From an uncultured Eubacteriales bacterium (GTDB lineage: Bacteria > Bacillota > Clostridia > Oscillospirales > Acutalibacteraceae): a DNA stretch of 64,000 nucleotides. The stretch is taken from assembly GCA_964457415.1 (NCBI GenBank), contig CAYWFB010000001.1, forward strand, positions 215 to 64,214, given 5' to 3'. The notes below the pieces were generated by a model. That model searched no databases and was not told where the DNA came from. It was given only the letters and a program-made list of their open reading frames with translations. The translations under genes and the position numbers were made by a program. Of this stretch, positions 1-8,791 are shown piece after piece. Position 1 is the stretch's first letter. Every line of letters starts with the position of its first letter.

Positions 1-876
1 AATTGAGGTCATAAGAGCTGTTTCTTCACCGCAAACGAATGCGCCCGCACCAAGACGGATGTGAAGGTCAAAGTCAAAGCCTGAATTGAAGATATTTTTA
101 CCAAGAAGACCATATTCTTTAGCCTGGTCAATAGCAATCTGAAGTCTGTTAACTGCGATGGGGTACTCAGCACGAACGTAAACATAACCCTCTGTTGCAC
201 CTGTGGCATAACCACAGATAGCCATTGCTTCGATAATACAATGGGGGTCACCTTCAAGAACTGAACGGTCCATAAATGCACCGGGGTCACCCTCGTCAGC
301 ATTACATACTACATATTTCTGGTCGGCAGAGTTAGCAGCTGTGAAGCTCCACTTAAGACCTGTGGGGAATCCGCCACCGCCACGGCCGCGAAGTCCAGAA
401 TCCTTAACAACCTGTACAACCTGCTCGGGTGTGTACTCTGTCAAGCACTTTGCAAGAGCCTGATAGCCGTCATAAGCTATGTACTCATCAATATCTTCGG
501 GGTCGATAACACCGCAGTTACGAAGAGCAACACGCTGCTGCTTTGAATAGAATGTTGTGTCGTTAAGTGATTTGATTTCTTCTGTTGTTACTGTCTCATC
601 ATAGAGAAGTCTTGTAACAATTCTACCCTTAAGAAGATGCTCTTCAACGATTTCGGAAATATCCTCAACCTTAACCTGTGAATAGAAGCTACCTTCGGGA
701 TAAACAATCATAATAGGACCGAGAGCACAAAGACCAAAACAACCTGTTCTGATAACTTTGATTTCTTCAGTTAATCCTTTTTCAGCAATCTGAGCTTCAA
801 GAGCCTCAATGATTGCCTGACTGTTTGAAGAGGTACAACCGGTACCGCCGCAAACAAGCACGTGTGAACGATACAT
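1..876 (-). CDS. NuoF/HydB-like NADH-binding flavoprotein subunit of a multimeric FeFe-hydrogenase (partial, runs off left edge)
   Basis: Absent from the ORF track (no stop in window). Minus-strand ATG at comp(874-876) with AGGAGG upstream. Translation reads MYRSHVLVCGGTGCTSSNSQ...GLRGRGGGGFPTGLKW...NADEGDPGAFMDR, typical NuoF/HydB motifs. Confidence 0.85.
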   Translation of the reverse strand, partial: MYRSHVLVCGGTGCTSSNSQAIIEALEAQIAEKGLTEEIKVIRTGCFGLCALGPIMIVYPEGSFYSQVKVEDISEIVEEHLLKGRIVTRLLYDETVTTEEIKSLNDTTFYSKQQRVALRNCGVIDPEDIDEYIAYDGYQALAKCLTEYTPEQVVQVVKDSGLRGRGGGGFPTGLKWSFTAANSADQKYVVCNADEGDPGAFMDRSVLEGDPHCIIEAMAICGYATGATEGYVYVRAEYPIAVNRLQIAIDQAKEYGLLGKNIFNSGFDFDLHIRLGAGAFVCGEETALMTSI

Positions 877-888
877 TATGTTTCCTCC

Positions 889-1260
889 TTATTTAAGTGC
901 GCTGACTGTGTATTCTGCAACGGGATTGCCGTTAACAATATGGTCGTTAACTACCTTTGCTACCTTGTCAGCTGTCATTTTTACGTATGTTACTTTTTCT
1001 TTGCCGGGCTGAACAATTTCAACGATTGGCTCATACTGGCACATACCGATGCAACCAGTCTGAACAACCTGAACGCCCTTAAGATTTCTCTTTGCCACTT
1101 CTTCAACAAATGCGTTGAGAACGGGACGTGCACCTGCTGCGATACCGCAGGTTGCCATACCGACAACAACTCTGATTGCTTCGTCGCCTGTATCTTCACG
1201 GACTGTCATTCTCTGCTTTGTTGCTTCTCTTATAGCCATAAGCTCTTCAAGAGTTTTCAT
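889..1260 (-). CDS. thioredoxin-like [2Fe-2S] ferredoxin (hydrogenase-cluster accessory, HndB-like)
   Basis: 123 aa. Cys pattern ATCGIAAGA...TGCIGMCQYEP. Lies between the NuoF- and NuoE-like genes. Confidence 0.7.
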   Translation of the reverse strand: MKTLEELMAIREATKQRMTVREDTGDEAIRVVVGMATCGIAAGARPVLNAFVEEVAKRNLKGVQVVQTGCIGMCQYEPIVEIVQPGKEKVTYVKMTADKVAKVVNDHIVNGNPVAEYTVSALK

Positions 1261-1812
1261 TTATAACGCACCTCCGTATAATTCGTTTGTGTTTTCTTCA
1301 ATATAACCTTTTAGCCACTCTGACACCTCGTAAGTGTCAAGGGGCACATCTCCCAGAATATTTTTAATTTCGCGGGTATCAACTGTGAAATCCTCGCCGT
1401 CAACTGAATGGCGATAAATAAAATCACGGTCGGTATTCATTGTGATGAGCATTACCACGGTTGCAGTAACATCACCGAGAGGAGTAAAATCAACACTATC
1501 GGTTTTAAAGGTTGCACGCACTTCAGTGCCCACGCCCAATTCAGATTTGATTGTGAGTCCCCCACCCGTTTGCTCAGCCGCCATTTTGAAAAGCGGAATT
1601 CCCATACCTACCTTGCGGGTAGTTCTTGTTGTAAAAAACGGGTCGATTACGCTTTTTACCTGACTCTCACTCATACCCTTACCGTTATCATAAATACCAA
1701 TCAGCAAGGTTTTTTCGCTTGTATTTTCGGCAATCTCAATTGTTATTAAAGACGCCCCCGCCGAGATTGAGTTCTGGGCAATATCCAGAATATTAAGAGA
1801 CAGTTCTCTCAT
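1261..1812 (-). CDS. stand-alone GHKL/HATPase_c-type ATP-binding protein
   Basis: LNILDIAQNS (N-box-like), YDNGKGM, GMGIPL and GGGLTIKSELGVGT (G-boxes). No HisKA or sensor part. Start and stop abut the neighbouring genes. Confidence 0.7.
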   Translation of the reverse strand: MRELSLNILDIAQNSISAGASLITIEIAENTSEKTLLIGIYDNGKGMSESQVKSVIDPFFTTRTTRKVGMGIPLFKMAAEQTGGGLTIKSELGVGTEVRATFKTDSVDFTPLGDVTATVVMLITMNTDRDFIYRHSVDGEDFTVDTREIKNILGDVPLDTYEVSEWLKGYIEENTNELYGGAL

Positions 1813-2309
1813 TATGCCATGTACTTATCAAGGATACCGGCAATATCGTTACCTGTGAGCTTACCGTAAACCTCATCATTAACTGTGAGGACGGGAGCAA
1901 GTCCGCAAGCGCCGATGCAACGGCAAGCCTCAAGTGAGAATTTACCGTCAGCAGTACATTCGTCGGGACCGATACCAAGTTTTTCAGTAATCTTGTCAAC
2001 AAGGTCCTGTGCGCCTTTAACGTAGCAAGCAGTACCGAGACAAACTGAAATGTTGTACTCACCCTTAGGGGAAAGTGAGAACTGTGCATAGAAGGTTGAT
2101 ACACCGTAAACCTTTTCAAGCGGAACGTCCATACCCTCTGCAATCATTACCTGAACCTCATAAGGAAGATAGCCGTAAATAGCCTGTGCTTCCTGCATAA
2201 CATGCATAAGCATACTCTTGTCGTCCTTATTTGCTTCAATTACAGTTTTGAGCTGTGCTTCCTGCTCGGGTGTTCCCTTGAAGGGAATAGAACTGATTTT
2301 TTTGAGCAT
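1812..2309 (-). CDS. NuoE/HydC-like [2Fe-2S] subunit of the hydrogenase/NADH dehydrogenase module
   Basis: CLGTACYVKG...CRCIGACGLAPV motifs. Start moved to M15 of the track ORF (ATG comp 2307-2309) because AGGAGG lies 7 nt upstream. Confidence 0.85.
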   Translation of the reverse strand: MLKKISSIPFKGTPEQEAQLKTVIEANKDDKSMLMHVMQEAQAIYGYLPYEVQVMIAEGMDVPLEKVYGVSTFYAQFSLSPKGEYNISVCLGTACYVKGAQDLVDKITEKLGIGPDECTADGKFSLEACRCIGACGLAPVLTVNDEVYGKLTGNDIAGILDKYMA

Positions 2310-2463
2310 TTTTAGGTTTCCTCCTTTTAAAAATTGGTGGATTTTATCCACCGCTGAATATACTAAAATTCGACAGAACAGTATATGTTAAAATTATAAC
2401 AGACTATTGTCAAAATGTCTATTAAAATTTTAGATTTTTTTACTATTTATTAGTATTATAAAT

Positions 2464-2490
2464 AAAAGCCCTCATAGGAAGGCTTTTTTT
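2464..2490. terminator. stem-loop with T7 run between the pdxR-like stop and the hydrogenase operon start
   Basis: aaaagccctcataggaaggcttttttt. An imperfect 7-8 bp stem with A/T runs on both sides. Confidence 0.5.
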
Positions 2491-2494
2491 GTGC

Positions 2495-3799
2495 TTATTC
2501 ACCACCGCAAAGGGCGACGCACAGGGAATTTATGGCAATTGGAAGTGCTGAAAGGCTGATGCTTGACACGGAAAACGCAATCACACCGCAAAGGTCGTTT
2601 TCTTCGGCAGAAATCAGCATTATTCCGTTTTTATATGCCTTTTCTATAATCTCATTTGTTGAAAGCCCAAGGCGAAACCGACAACGCACATAAAGCGGTG
2701 AATTTGTTTTTAATATTTCGACATTTTCACTAAATTTTTCAGTGAGTAAATCCGCAAGAATTTTTGATTTCTGTGCATAGAGCTTTCTTGATTTTCTGAT
2801 TTGTGAATAGAGATGTCCATCTCGTATATAACTGCACAAAGCTATCTGGTCCGCCTTTGAAACGGTCTGGTTGTAGAGGTTTGCTTTACGTTTGTATTCC
2901 TTTAAAAGTCGGGTGGGCAAAATCATAAAGCTTATACGGATTGAGGGCAATAAAAGCTTTGAAAATGTGCCTAAATACACCACATTTTCACCGCCGTCAA
3001 GACCCTGAAGTGACGGTGTGGGGCGGTTAAAATAACGAAATTCGCTACCGTAGTCATCTTCGATAATAAGCTTGCCGTTTTTACGGGCAAAATCCACCAA
3101 TTCAAAGCGGTCGTGAACGCTCATTGTGTCGCCCCAACGGGTTGAATACGAGGGTGAAACATATAAAATATTGCTATTTTCTTTGTTGTCGGTGACGCGA
3201 AATTCGTAGTCGTGAAAAACGGCAATACCCTGCTTATATGACAAGTCGTCAAAGCACACATCCCTTTTGTTTTTTACAAGAGGACAAAGAATATTCAATA
3301 GGGTCTGCACTCCTGCACCGATTACAATATCTTCTTCGTTGCAGACACAGTTTCGTGTTTCGCGGGCATAAGTGGCTATCTCACGGCGCAAATCGGGCTC
3401 ACCCTGTGGCTCACCGTAAAAAAGCAGACGCTCGGTCTGTCGCAGAGCACTTTTCACATAGCGACGCCAGATATTCATATCAAAAACCTCTTCATCAACA
3501 CCTGCTGATGAAAAGTCATAGATTATTTCATTTTTTTCGTTTTGAGTGCTTGCTTTGATTTCTTCTTTTTTCGGCAGATTTCCGCGTTTTGAGACATAGT
3601 ATCCACTTTGACTTTTGGGCAATATGTAGCCATCATCGCAAAGGCACAAATATGCAAGCTCTGCCGTGGTTTTGCTGACTCCCCTCTCCTCTGCACAACG
3701 GCGAATTGAGGGAAGGCGCTCACCCTCCGGCAATTTTCCGCTTTCAATCAAATCCTTATAATAATCATAAATCTGCATATATAATTTTCGGCTTTTCAC
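2495..3799 (-). CDS. MocR/PdxR-like GntR-family regulator with aminotransferase-fold domain
   Basis: N-terminal wHTH (LPSIRRCAEERGVSKTTAELAY) plus a ~330 aa class-I aminotransferase-like domain. Divergent from a pyridoxal kinase gene. Confidence 0.8.
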   Translation of the reverse strand: MKSRKLYMQIYDYYKDLIESGKLPEGERLPSIRRCAEERGVSKTTAELAYLCLCDDGYILPKSQSGYYVSKRGNLPKKEEIKASTQNEKNEIIYDFSSAGVDEEVFDMNIWRRYVKSALRQTERLLFYGEPQGEPDLRREIATYARETRNCVCNEEDIVIGAGVQTLLNILCPLVKNKRDVCFDDLSYKQGIAVFHDYEFRVTDNKENSNILYVSPSYSTRWGDTMSVHDRFELVDFARKNGKLIIEDDYGSEFRYFNRPTPSLQGLDGGENVVYLGTFSKLLLPSIRISFMILPTRLLKEYKRKANLYNQTVSKADQIALCSYIRDGHLYSQIRKSRKLYAQKSKILADLLTEKFSENVEILKTNSPLYVRCRFRLGLSTNEIIEKAYKNGIMLISAEENDLCGVIAFSVSSISLSALPIAINSLCVALCGGE

Positions 3800-3901
3800 G
3801 ACTAACTGTCCCCTTAAAAATTATCAAATTTGTATATTTTATTAAAGACACTTTTGTTATATTATATACCCATAAAATTAACTTTGCAAGGGGTGAAATC
3901 G

Positions 3902-4726
3902 GTGAAAAAAATTGCAGTTATAAATGACCTTTCGGGCTTTGGAAAATGCTCGCTTACGGTGGCTTTGCCCATTATTTCTGTTCTTGGAATTGAAGCCTGC
4001 CCACTGCCAACTGCAGTACTTTCAAATCAAACGGGTTTTGAGAGCTTTTATTGTGCCGATTTCACCGAAAATATATCCCCTTATATTGATGTGTGGAAAA
4101 AGCAGAATGTGAAATTCGATGCAATTCTCACGGGGTATCTTGCAAGTGAAAAGCAGGTTGATGTTATTCTCGATTTTATTGACCATTTTGGCGAGAATTC
4201 ACTTGTTTTTGTTGACCCCATTATGGCGGACGACGGCGTGCTTTATGACACCTACAATGCAGAGCTTTGCGAAAAGGTGAAAATGCTCACTGAAAAAGCA
4301 AATATAATCACTCCCAACCTTACTGAATTATGTATTCTTTGCGGTGCAGATTACAATGAAATCGCAAAAGAAAACTGCGTTGAAAAAACATCTGAATTAG
4401 CAAAATCACTTCTTACAAAAACCACCAGAACAGTCATTGTTACGGGTGTTAAAAAGAACGACGAAATCTGCAATATTATAATTGAAGAAAACGGCACAAG
4501 CGTTGTAAAATCAAGGTTTTTAAAGGGTAGCTTTTCGGGTACGGGCGACATTTTTTCAAGTATCGTATGCGGTGCTGTGATAAATGGAAAATCCGTTGTT
4601 GATGCAGTTACTCTTGCCACGGAATTTATCTTTAAATCGATAAAAAATACCCCGACAGAACTCGACTACGAGCCCAACGGAGTGAACTTTCAAGAGCATT
4701 TGGAGATGCTTATAAATGCGAAATAA
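3902..4726 (+). CDS. pdxK: pyridoxal/pyridoxamine kinase
   Basis: VKKIAVINDLSGFGKCSLTVALPIISVLGIEACPLPTAVLSNQTG is the typical PdxK/PdxY N-terminus. GTG at 3902 is in frame with the track ORF and follows AAGGGGTG. The upstream 24 codons look non-coding. Confidence 0.8.
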   Translation: MKKIAVINDLSGFGKCSLTVALPIISVLGIEACPLPTAVLSNQTGFESFYCADFTENISPYIDVWKKQNVKFDAILTGYLASEKQVDVILDFIDHFGENSLVFVDPIMADDGVLYDTYNAELCEKVKMLTEKANIITPNLTELCILCGADYNEIAKENCVEKTSELAKSLLTKTTRTVIVTGVKKNDEICNIIIEENGTSVVKSRFLKGSFSGTGDIFSSIVCGAVINGKSVVDAVTLATEFIFKSIKNTPTELDYEPNGVNFQEHLEMLINAK

Positions 4727-5240
4727 AAAATCAATTTTGAACATTGCTTATACGGCAGTTTTTTCGGCAATCATTATGCTTTTTACCGCGTTGATTAAGA
4801 TTTCAACGGGGCTTGGCGAGGGGTATATTCACCTTGGCGACAGTGTAATTTACCTCTGTGCTTGCGTGCTACCCTTCCCCTATTGCATTATTGCCGCGGC
4901 TTTGGGCGGTGCACTCGCAGACATGCTTGCAGGCTTTGCAATCTGGAGTGTACCAACGGCAATTATAAAAATGCTGATTGCATTGCCCTTTGCCTTGGTA
5001 TGTAAAAAGAATAATTCAAACAGAATCCTTAACAAGAAAACGTCACTTATGCCCGCGATGTCGGGTATAATTTCAATAGTGGGTTATTTTGTGGCAGAAT
5101 GTATTTTGTATTCTGTGGCATCGGCGACACTTTCAATTTTTGGCAATATAATTCAGGCTATGGGAAGCGCAATCGTCTTTTACATAATGGCAATCGCTCT
5201 TGATAAAACGAATTTTAAAAGGAGAATAAATAATGGCTGA
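4716..5240 (+). CDS. small polytopic membrane protein, ECF-transporter S-component-like (possible B6 vitamer uptake)
   Basis: 174 aa with 5-6 hydrophobic helices. Overlaps the pdxK stop by 11 nt (translational coupling). The functional guess comes from context only. Confidence 0.55.
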   Translation: MRNKKSILNIAYTAVFSAIIMLFTALIKISTGLGEGYIHLGDSVIYLCACVLPFPYCIIAAALGGALADMLAGFAIWSVPTAIIKMLIALPFALVCKKNNSNRILNKKTSLMPAMSGIISIVGYFVAECILYSVASATLSIFGNIIQAMGSAIVFYIMAIALDKTNFKRRINNG

Positions 5241-5838
5241 TATAGTTTATACTTACGGAAATCAGGCTTATCTGAATATTACTAACGCTTGCCCCTGCAG
5301 ATGCACTTTCTGTATCCGCAATAACGGGGATTCTGTTGGCGAGGCAACAACGCTTTGGTTTGAGCACAGCCCCTCAATTGATGAAATCAAGGCAGAAATT
5401 GATGCTTTTGATTTTTCAAAATATAATAATTCAATTATTATTTGCGGTTATGGTGAGCCCACCTGCGCACTCAAGAATTTGCTTGAGGCTTGCAAATATT
5501 TAAAGACCAAGGGAATAAGTATCCGTCTTAACACAAACGGACTTTCTGACCTCATTAATAAGCGCGAAACCGCAAAGGAAATCTGCGAAGTGATTGACAC
5601 GGTTTCAATAAGCCTTAATGCCCCAACCGCAGAGAAATATAATGAAGTTACACGACCCTCGTTCGGTAGGCCCGCATTCGACGCAATGCTGAAATTTGCA
5701 AAGGAATGTAAGGAATATGGTATCAAAACCATTTTAACCGTTGTTGATGTTATAAGCGAAGAAGATATTGAAGCTTGCAAAAAGCTTTGCGAGGAAATTG
5801 GTATACCGCTCCGAGTGAGAGAATATACGGCGGAATAA
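5233..5838 (+). CDS. radical SAM protein (small, TatD-associated-type)
   Basis: NACPCRCTFCIRN contains CX3CX2C, and GYGEP is present. Overlaps the upstream gene by 8 nt. Confidence 0.8.
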   Translation: MADIVYTYGNQAYLNITNACPCRCTFCIRNNGDSVGEATTLWFEHSPSIDEIKAEIDAFDFSKYNNSIIICGYGEPTCALKNLLEACKYLKTKGISIRLNTNGLSDLINKRETAKEICEVIDTVSISLNAPTAEKYNEVTRPSFGRPAFDAMLKFAKECKEYGIKTILTVVDVISEEDIEACKKLCEEIGIPLRVREYTAE

Positions 5839-5883
5839 GTGCAAAAGGCAAAACGCAAAGTGCAAAACTATACACATAAATCT

Positions 5884-5960
5884 TGTAGGGGCGCTTCACG
5901 AAGTGCCCGAAATAATTACATATCAAACTACAACGAACGCAACGTGCAAGCGTCCCTACA
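5884..5960. repeat. pair of inverted REP-like elements (GTAG + GC-rich hairpin)
   Basis: tgtaggggcgcttcacgaagtgccc ... gaacgcaacgtgcaagcgtccctaca. Same TGTAGGG/CCCTACA ends as at 34084-34164 and inside the RAYT genes. Confidence 0.7.
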
Positions 5961-5998
5961 ATATCACTACTCTTAATTTAAATATATTTATAAAAATA

Positions 5999-6032
5999 AC
6001 CGAACAACATTCCTCGTTGTTCGGTCTTTTTT
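5999..6032 (+). terminator. rho-independent terminator after the radical SAM gene
   Basis: Perfect 10-bp stem accgaacaac/gttgttcggt followed by cttttttc. Confidence 0.8.
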
Positions 6033-6241
6033 CATCTTAACGGTCTTGGTTCATCAATCAAGCCAAGTATATAATCAACAGAAATATTATAAAACTCTGC
6101 TAATAATTTCAACTTCTCACCACTTATATCTGACTTTCCTGTTTCGATTTTACTGTACTGTTGTTGAGTGGTTTTTATTACTTGTGCTAATTCGTTTTGA
6201 CTTAAATCGCGGTCTTCACGCAAATCTCTGATTCTATTCAT
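6032..6241 (-). CDS. XRE-family HTH transcriptional regulator
   Basis: 69 aa. LSQNELAQVIKTTQQQYSKIETGKSD is a classic HTH_3 sequence. Confidence 0.85.
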   Translation of the reverse strand: MNRIRDLREDRDLSQNELAQVIKTTQQQYSKIETGKSDISGEKLKLLAEFYNISVDYILGLIDEPRPLR

Positions 6242-6291
6242 AATATCAGCTCCCCTTACATATATATTTTAACTCACATCGAAAAGTTGTA

Positions 6292-6337
6292 TTGACAATT
6301 ACTACTTTTAGATGTAATATATTAAATAATACATCTA
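6292..6337 (+). promoter_or_regulatory. sigma-A-type promoter with overlapping palindromic operator
   Basis: TTGACA (6292-6297), 17-nt spacer, TAATAT (6315-6320). Perfect inverted repeat TAGATGTA (6309-6316) / TACATCTA (6330-6337). Confidence 0.6.
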
Positions 6338-6358
6338 ATAATTGTAAGGGGTGATACA

Positions 6359-6601
6359 ATGAAAATCAATTTATATCAAGAGTCTTGGGATATTTTTGTC
6401 CGCAACATAATATGGTTACGAAAACACTATAAAATTCCCAAAAATAAAATGGCTGAAATTCTCGGCATAGATATCGCTGCACTAAACAAAATTGAAAAAA
6501 ATGAAATACCTGACGAAGTGACTGTTGAAATATTACTAAATGCTGAAAAATTCTTCGGCATTCCCATAAAAGATTTTATTGGACATTTTATTTATGAATA
6601 A
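6359..6601 (+). CDS. small HTH-like (XRE/Cro-like) protein
   Basis: 80 aa. KIPKNKMAEILGIDIAALNKIEKNE resembles an HTH. Divergent from the XRE gene. GGGGTGA RBS. Confidence 0.55.
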   Translation: MKINLYQESWDIFVRNIIWLRKHYKIPKNKMAEILGIDIAALNKIEKNEIPDEVTVEILLNAEKFFGIPIKDFIGHFIYE

Positions 6602-6610
6602 AAACAAGAA

Positions 6611-6647
6611 AAAGCACCCGAGTTTAAAAACTTGGGTGCTTTTCCGT
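6611..6647 (+). terminator. rho-independent terminator
   Basis: Stem aaagcacccgag / cttgggtgcttt with T-rich tail. Confidence 0.7.
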
Positions 6648-6692
6648 TTAGATGTGAAAGAGAAAGATATTAAAATGACAAAATCAAATTGA

Positions 6693-6935
6693 TTATGCTA
6701 CTGTTGAGTTTTTTACGCGTGTGTGATTCTGTGAGTTATACGCTCTTAAATGCTCGCCACGAGCCACTGCCTTTTTGTGATTTCTGATACGGATTGCACG
6801 ACGGATATTGCCTACTACAATTCTTTTAACATTCTGCTCAAAAGCGATAACCTTTTCTTCGTGCATAAAGCCATATATGAGAAGAATTGAAACTGCGAGT
6901 TCTATTAAAGTTGTGATTGCAAATGTTGCTGACAT
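6693..6935 (-). CDS. 80-aa membrane protein with basic tail, apparently SOS (LexA)-regulated
   Basis: GGAGG RBS 8 nt before the ATG. N-terminal TM segment FAITTLIELAVSILLIYGF. Promoter flanked by Cheo boxes (next feature). Confidence 0.65.
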   Translation of the reverse strand: MSATFAITTLIELAVSILLIYGFMHEEKVIAFEQNVKRIVVGNIRRAIRIRNHKKAVARGEHLRAYNSQNHTRVKNSTVA

Positions 6936-6988
6936 AAAATCTACCTCCGAATGAGTTAATATTTTTATTTTCGTTACCGAGCAAACTT

Positions 6989-7052
6989 GAACAAATGTTC
7001 TTTACAAATCTAATTATATCCATTTTTTTGCAAAAGTCAATACAAATGTTCG
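6989..7052 (-). promoter_or_regulatory. promoter bracketed by two LexA/Cheo-type boxes
   Basis: On the minus strand: CGAACATTTGTA (7052-7041) abuts TTGACT (7040-7035). A 16-nt spacer follows, then TATAAT (7018-7013), then GAACATTTGTTC (7000-6989), a perfect GAAC-N4-GTTC core. Confidence 0.65.
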
Positions 7053-7258
7053 TAATGTTTTGCATTTTCAGTCCGTTTTTACGGACACAAAATTATTAAT
7101 TTTTACCGATATTTCCTTTTGTAATTAAATAATAACACAACATATTGTGGTTGTCAATATAAATTAACACAAAATATTTGATTTTTGAGTATTTTTCGAC
7201 TATTCAGATAAATTTTACGGTTTTTTATTTTTGTTCGGTAAAATATGGGGAATATTTA

Positions 7259-7368
7259 GCCTTCCCCCAACGAGGGGAAGGTGGCACGAGCAACGCGAGT
7301 GACAGAAGGGGGGCTTTTCAGATACCCCCTCAGTCGCTTCGTGACAGCTCCCCCTCAAGTGTGGAGCC
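7259..7368 (+). repeat. GC-rich three-hairpin repeat element, copy A
   Basis: gccttccccc..gaggggaagg / gggggg..ccccc / gctcc..ggagc. Related to 38162-38272 and 34208-34264. The track ORF 7178-7441 is read through this repeat. Confidence 0.75.
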
Positions 7369-7507
7369 TAATTTCACAAGTCATCAAAACAAAATCAAAA
7401 ATAATCAAAAAATATTATTTTACCTATTTATTATTTTATAAAAATAGTGTAGAATATTAAGGATAATGGGAATTTATGTTTAATTGTATGTAAATCGAGG
7501 TAAAAAA

Positions 7508-8779
7508 ATGTTTGTTGATATTGCAAAAATTAAAATCAAGGCGGGTGACGGCGGTAACGGTGCCGTGGCTTTTCACAGAGAAAAATATATAAACGCAGGC
7601 GGTCCCGACGGCGGCGACGGCGGTCGAGGTGGCAACATTGTTTTCAAGGTTGATGACAACCTTTCTACCCTTGCGGATTTCCGTTACAAGAGAAAATACA
7701 AGGCAGAGCCCGGCGCTAACGGCAGTGGCGGTAAGCGCAGCGGAAGAAAAGGTAAGGATTTAATAATCAAGGTTCCGCGTGGCACTATTATCCGCGAGGT
7801 TGAGAGTGGAGTAATTATGGCTGATATGTCCACAGATGATGAATTTATCGGCGCTAAAGGTGGTCGTGGTGGTTGGGGTAACTCACATTTTGCCACATCA
7901 ACACGTCAGACCCCCAAATTTGCTAAAAACGGTGCTCCCGGTGAAGAATGGGAAGTAAGTCTTGAGCTTAAGCTTATTGCAGACGTTGGACTTTTAGGCT
8001 TCCCCAACGTTGGTAAATCCTCATTCATTTCAGTTGTGAGTCAGGCAAAGCCCCTTGTTGGCGATTATCATTTCACCACAATCATTCCCGTATTGGGTGT
8101 TGTTTCAATGGGTCCCGAGCAGAGCTTTGTTATGGCGGATATCCCCGGTCTTATTGAGGGTGCCGCTGACGGAATTGGCTTAGGTCACGAGTTTTTGCGT
8201 CACGTAGAAAGATGCAGAATGCTTGTGCACATTGTTGACGTTGCAGGCAGTGAGGGTCGCGACCCCATTGAAGATTTTGAGGCAATCAACGCAGAGCTCC
8301 ATAAATTCAATCCCGAATTGGCAAAGTGCCCACAGATTGTAGTTGGTAACAAAATCGACCTTGCAGAAGACGAGCAACTCGCCCGTTTCAGAGAGTATAT
8401 TGAAGCCCGTGGCTACGAATACTATGAAATGGTAGCACCAATTCAGCACGGCACAAAAGAAGTAATCAACGCGGTGGCAAGAATGCTGGCAACTCTCCCA
8501 CCTGTCAAGCAATATGAAAGTGAAGAAATCCCAATGGAAGTCCTCGCCAAAAAGAGCAAGGACGGCTTCACAATCACAGTTGAAGACGGTGTTTACATTG
8601 TTGAAGCAGACTGGATTTACAGAATTCTCTGCAAGACAGACCTTGACGACTACGAGTCACTCCAATATTTCCAGAGAGTTATTCAGGAACGCGGTGTAAT
8701 TCAGGCACTTATTGACAAGGGAATCACCGAGGGTGACACAGTAAGCATTTACGACCTTGAATTTGATTATGTACCGTAA
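7508..8779 (+). CDS. obg: GTPase Obg/CgtA
   Basis: MFVDIAKIKIKAGDGGNG..., glycine-rich Obg fold, G1 GFPNVGKSS, G3 DIPGLIEGA, G4 NKID. Start at M9 of the track ORF (GAGG RBS). Confidence 0.95.
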   Translation: MFVDIAKIKIKAGDGGNGAVAFHREKYINAGGPDGGDGGRGGNIVFKVDDNLSTLADFRYKRKYKAEPGANGSGGKRSGRKGKDLIIKVPRGTIIREVESGVIMADMSTDDEFIGAKGGRGGWGNSHFATSTRQTPKFAKNGAPGEEWEVSLELKLIADVGLLGFPNVGKSSFISVVSQAKPLVGDYHFTTIIPVLGVVSMGPEQSFVMADIPGLIEGAADGIGLGHEFLRHVERCRMLVHIVDVAGSEGRDPIEDFEAINAELHKFNPELAKCPQIVVGNKIDLAEDEQLARFREYIEARGYEYYEMVAPIQHGTKEVINAVARMLATLPPVKQYESEEIPMEVLAKKSKDGFTITVEDGVYIVEADWIYRILCKTDLDDYESLQYFQRVIQERGVIQALIDKGITEGDTVSIYDLEFDYVP

Positions 8780-8791
8780 GGATTTTCTGAT

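Noticed and set aside
1261-1812. Sensor histidine kinase call for the HATPase_c protein in the hydrogenase cluster
   Set aside because: It is only 183 aa. It has no HisKA/phospho-acceptor His region, no sensor or TM part and no response regulator nearby. It is therefore called a stand-alone GHKL ATPase.
7178-7441. 87-aa track ORF (..GEGGTSNASDRRGAFQIPPQSLRDSSPSSVEP..)
   Set aside because: It is read straight through the GC-rich three-hairpin repeat (copy A). It has no RBS and a low-complexity AT-rich remainder. The other repeat copies are not in ORFs.
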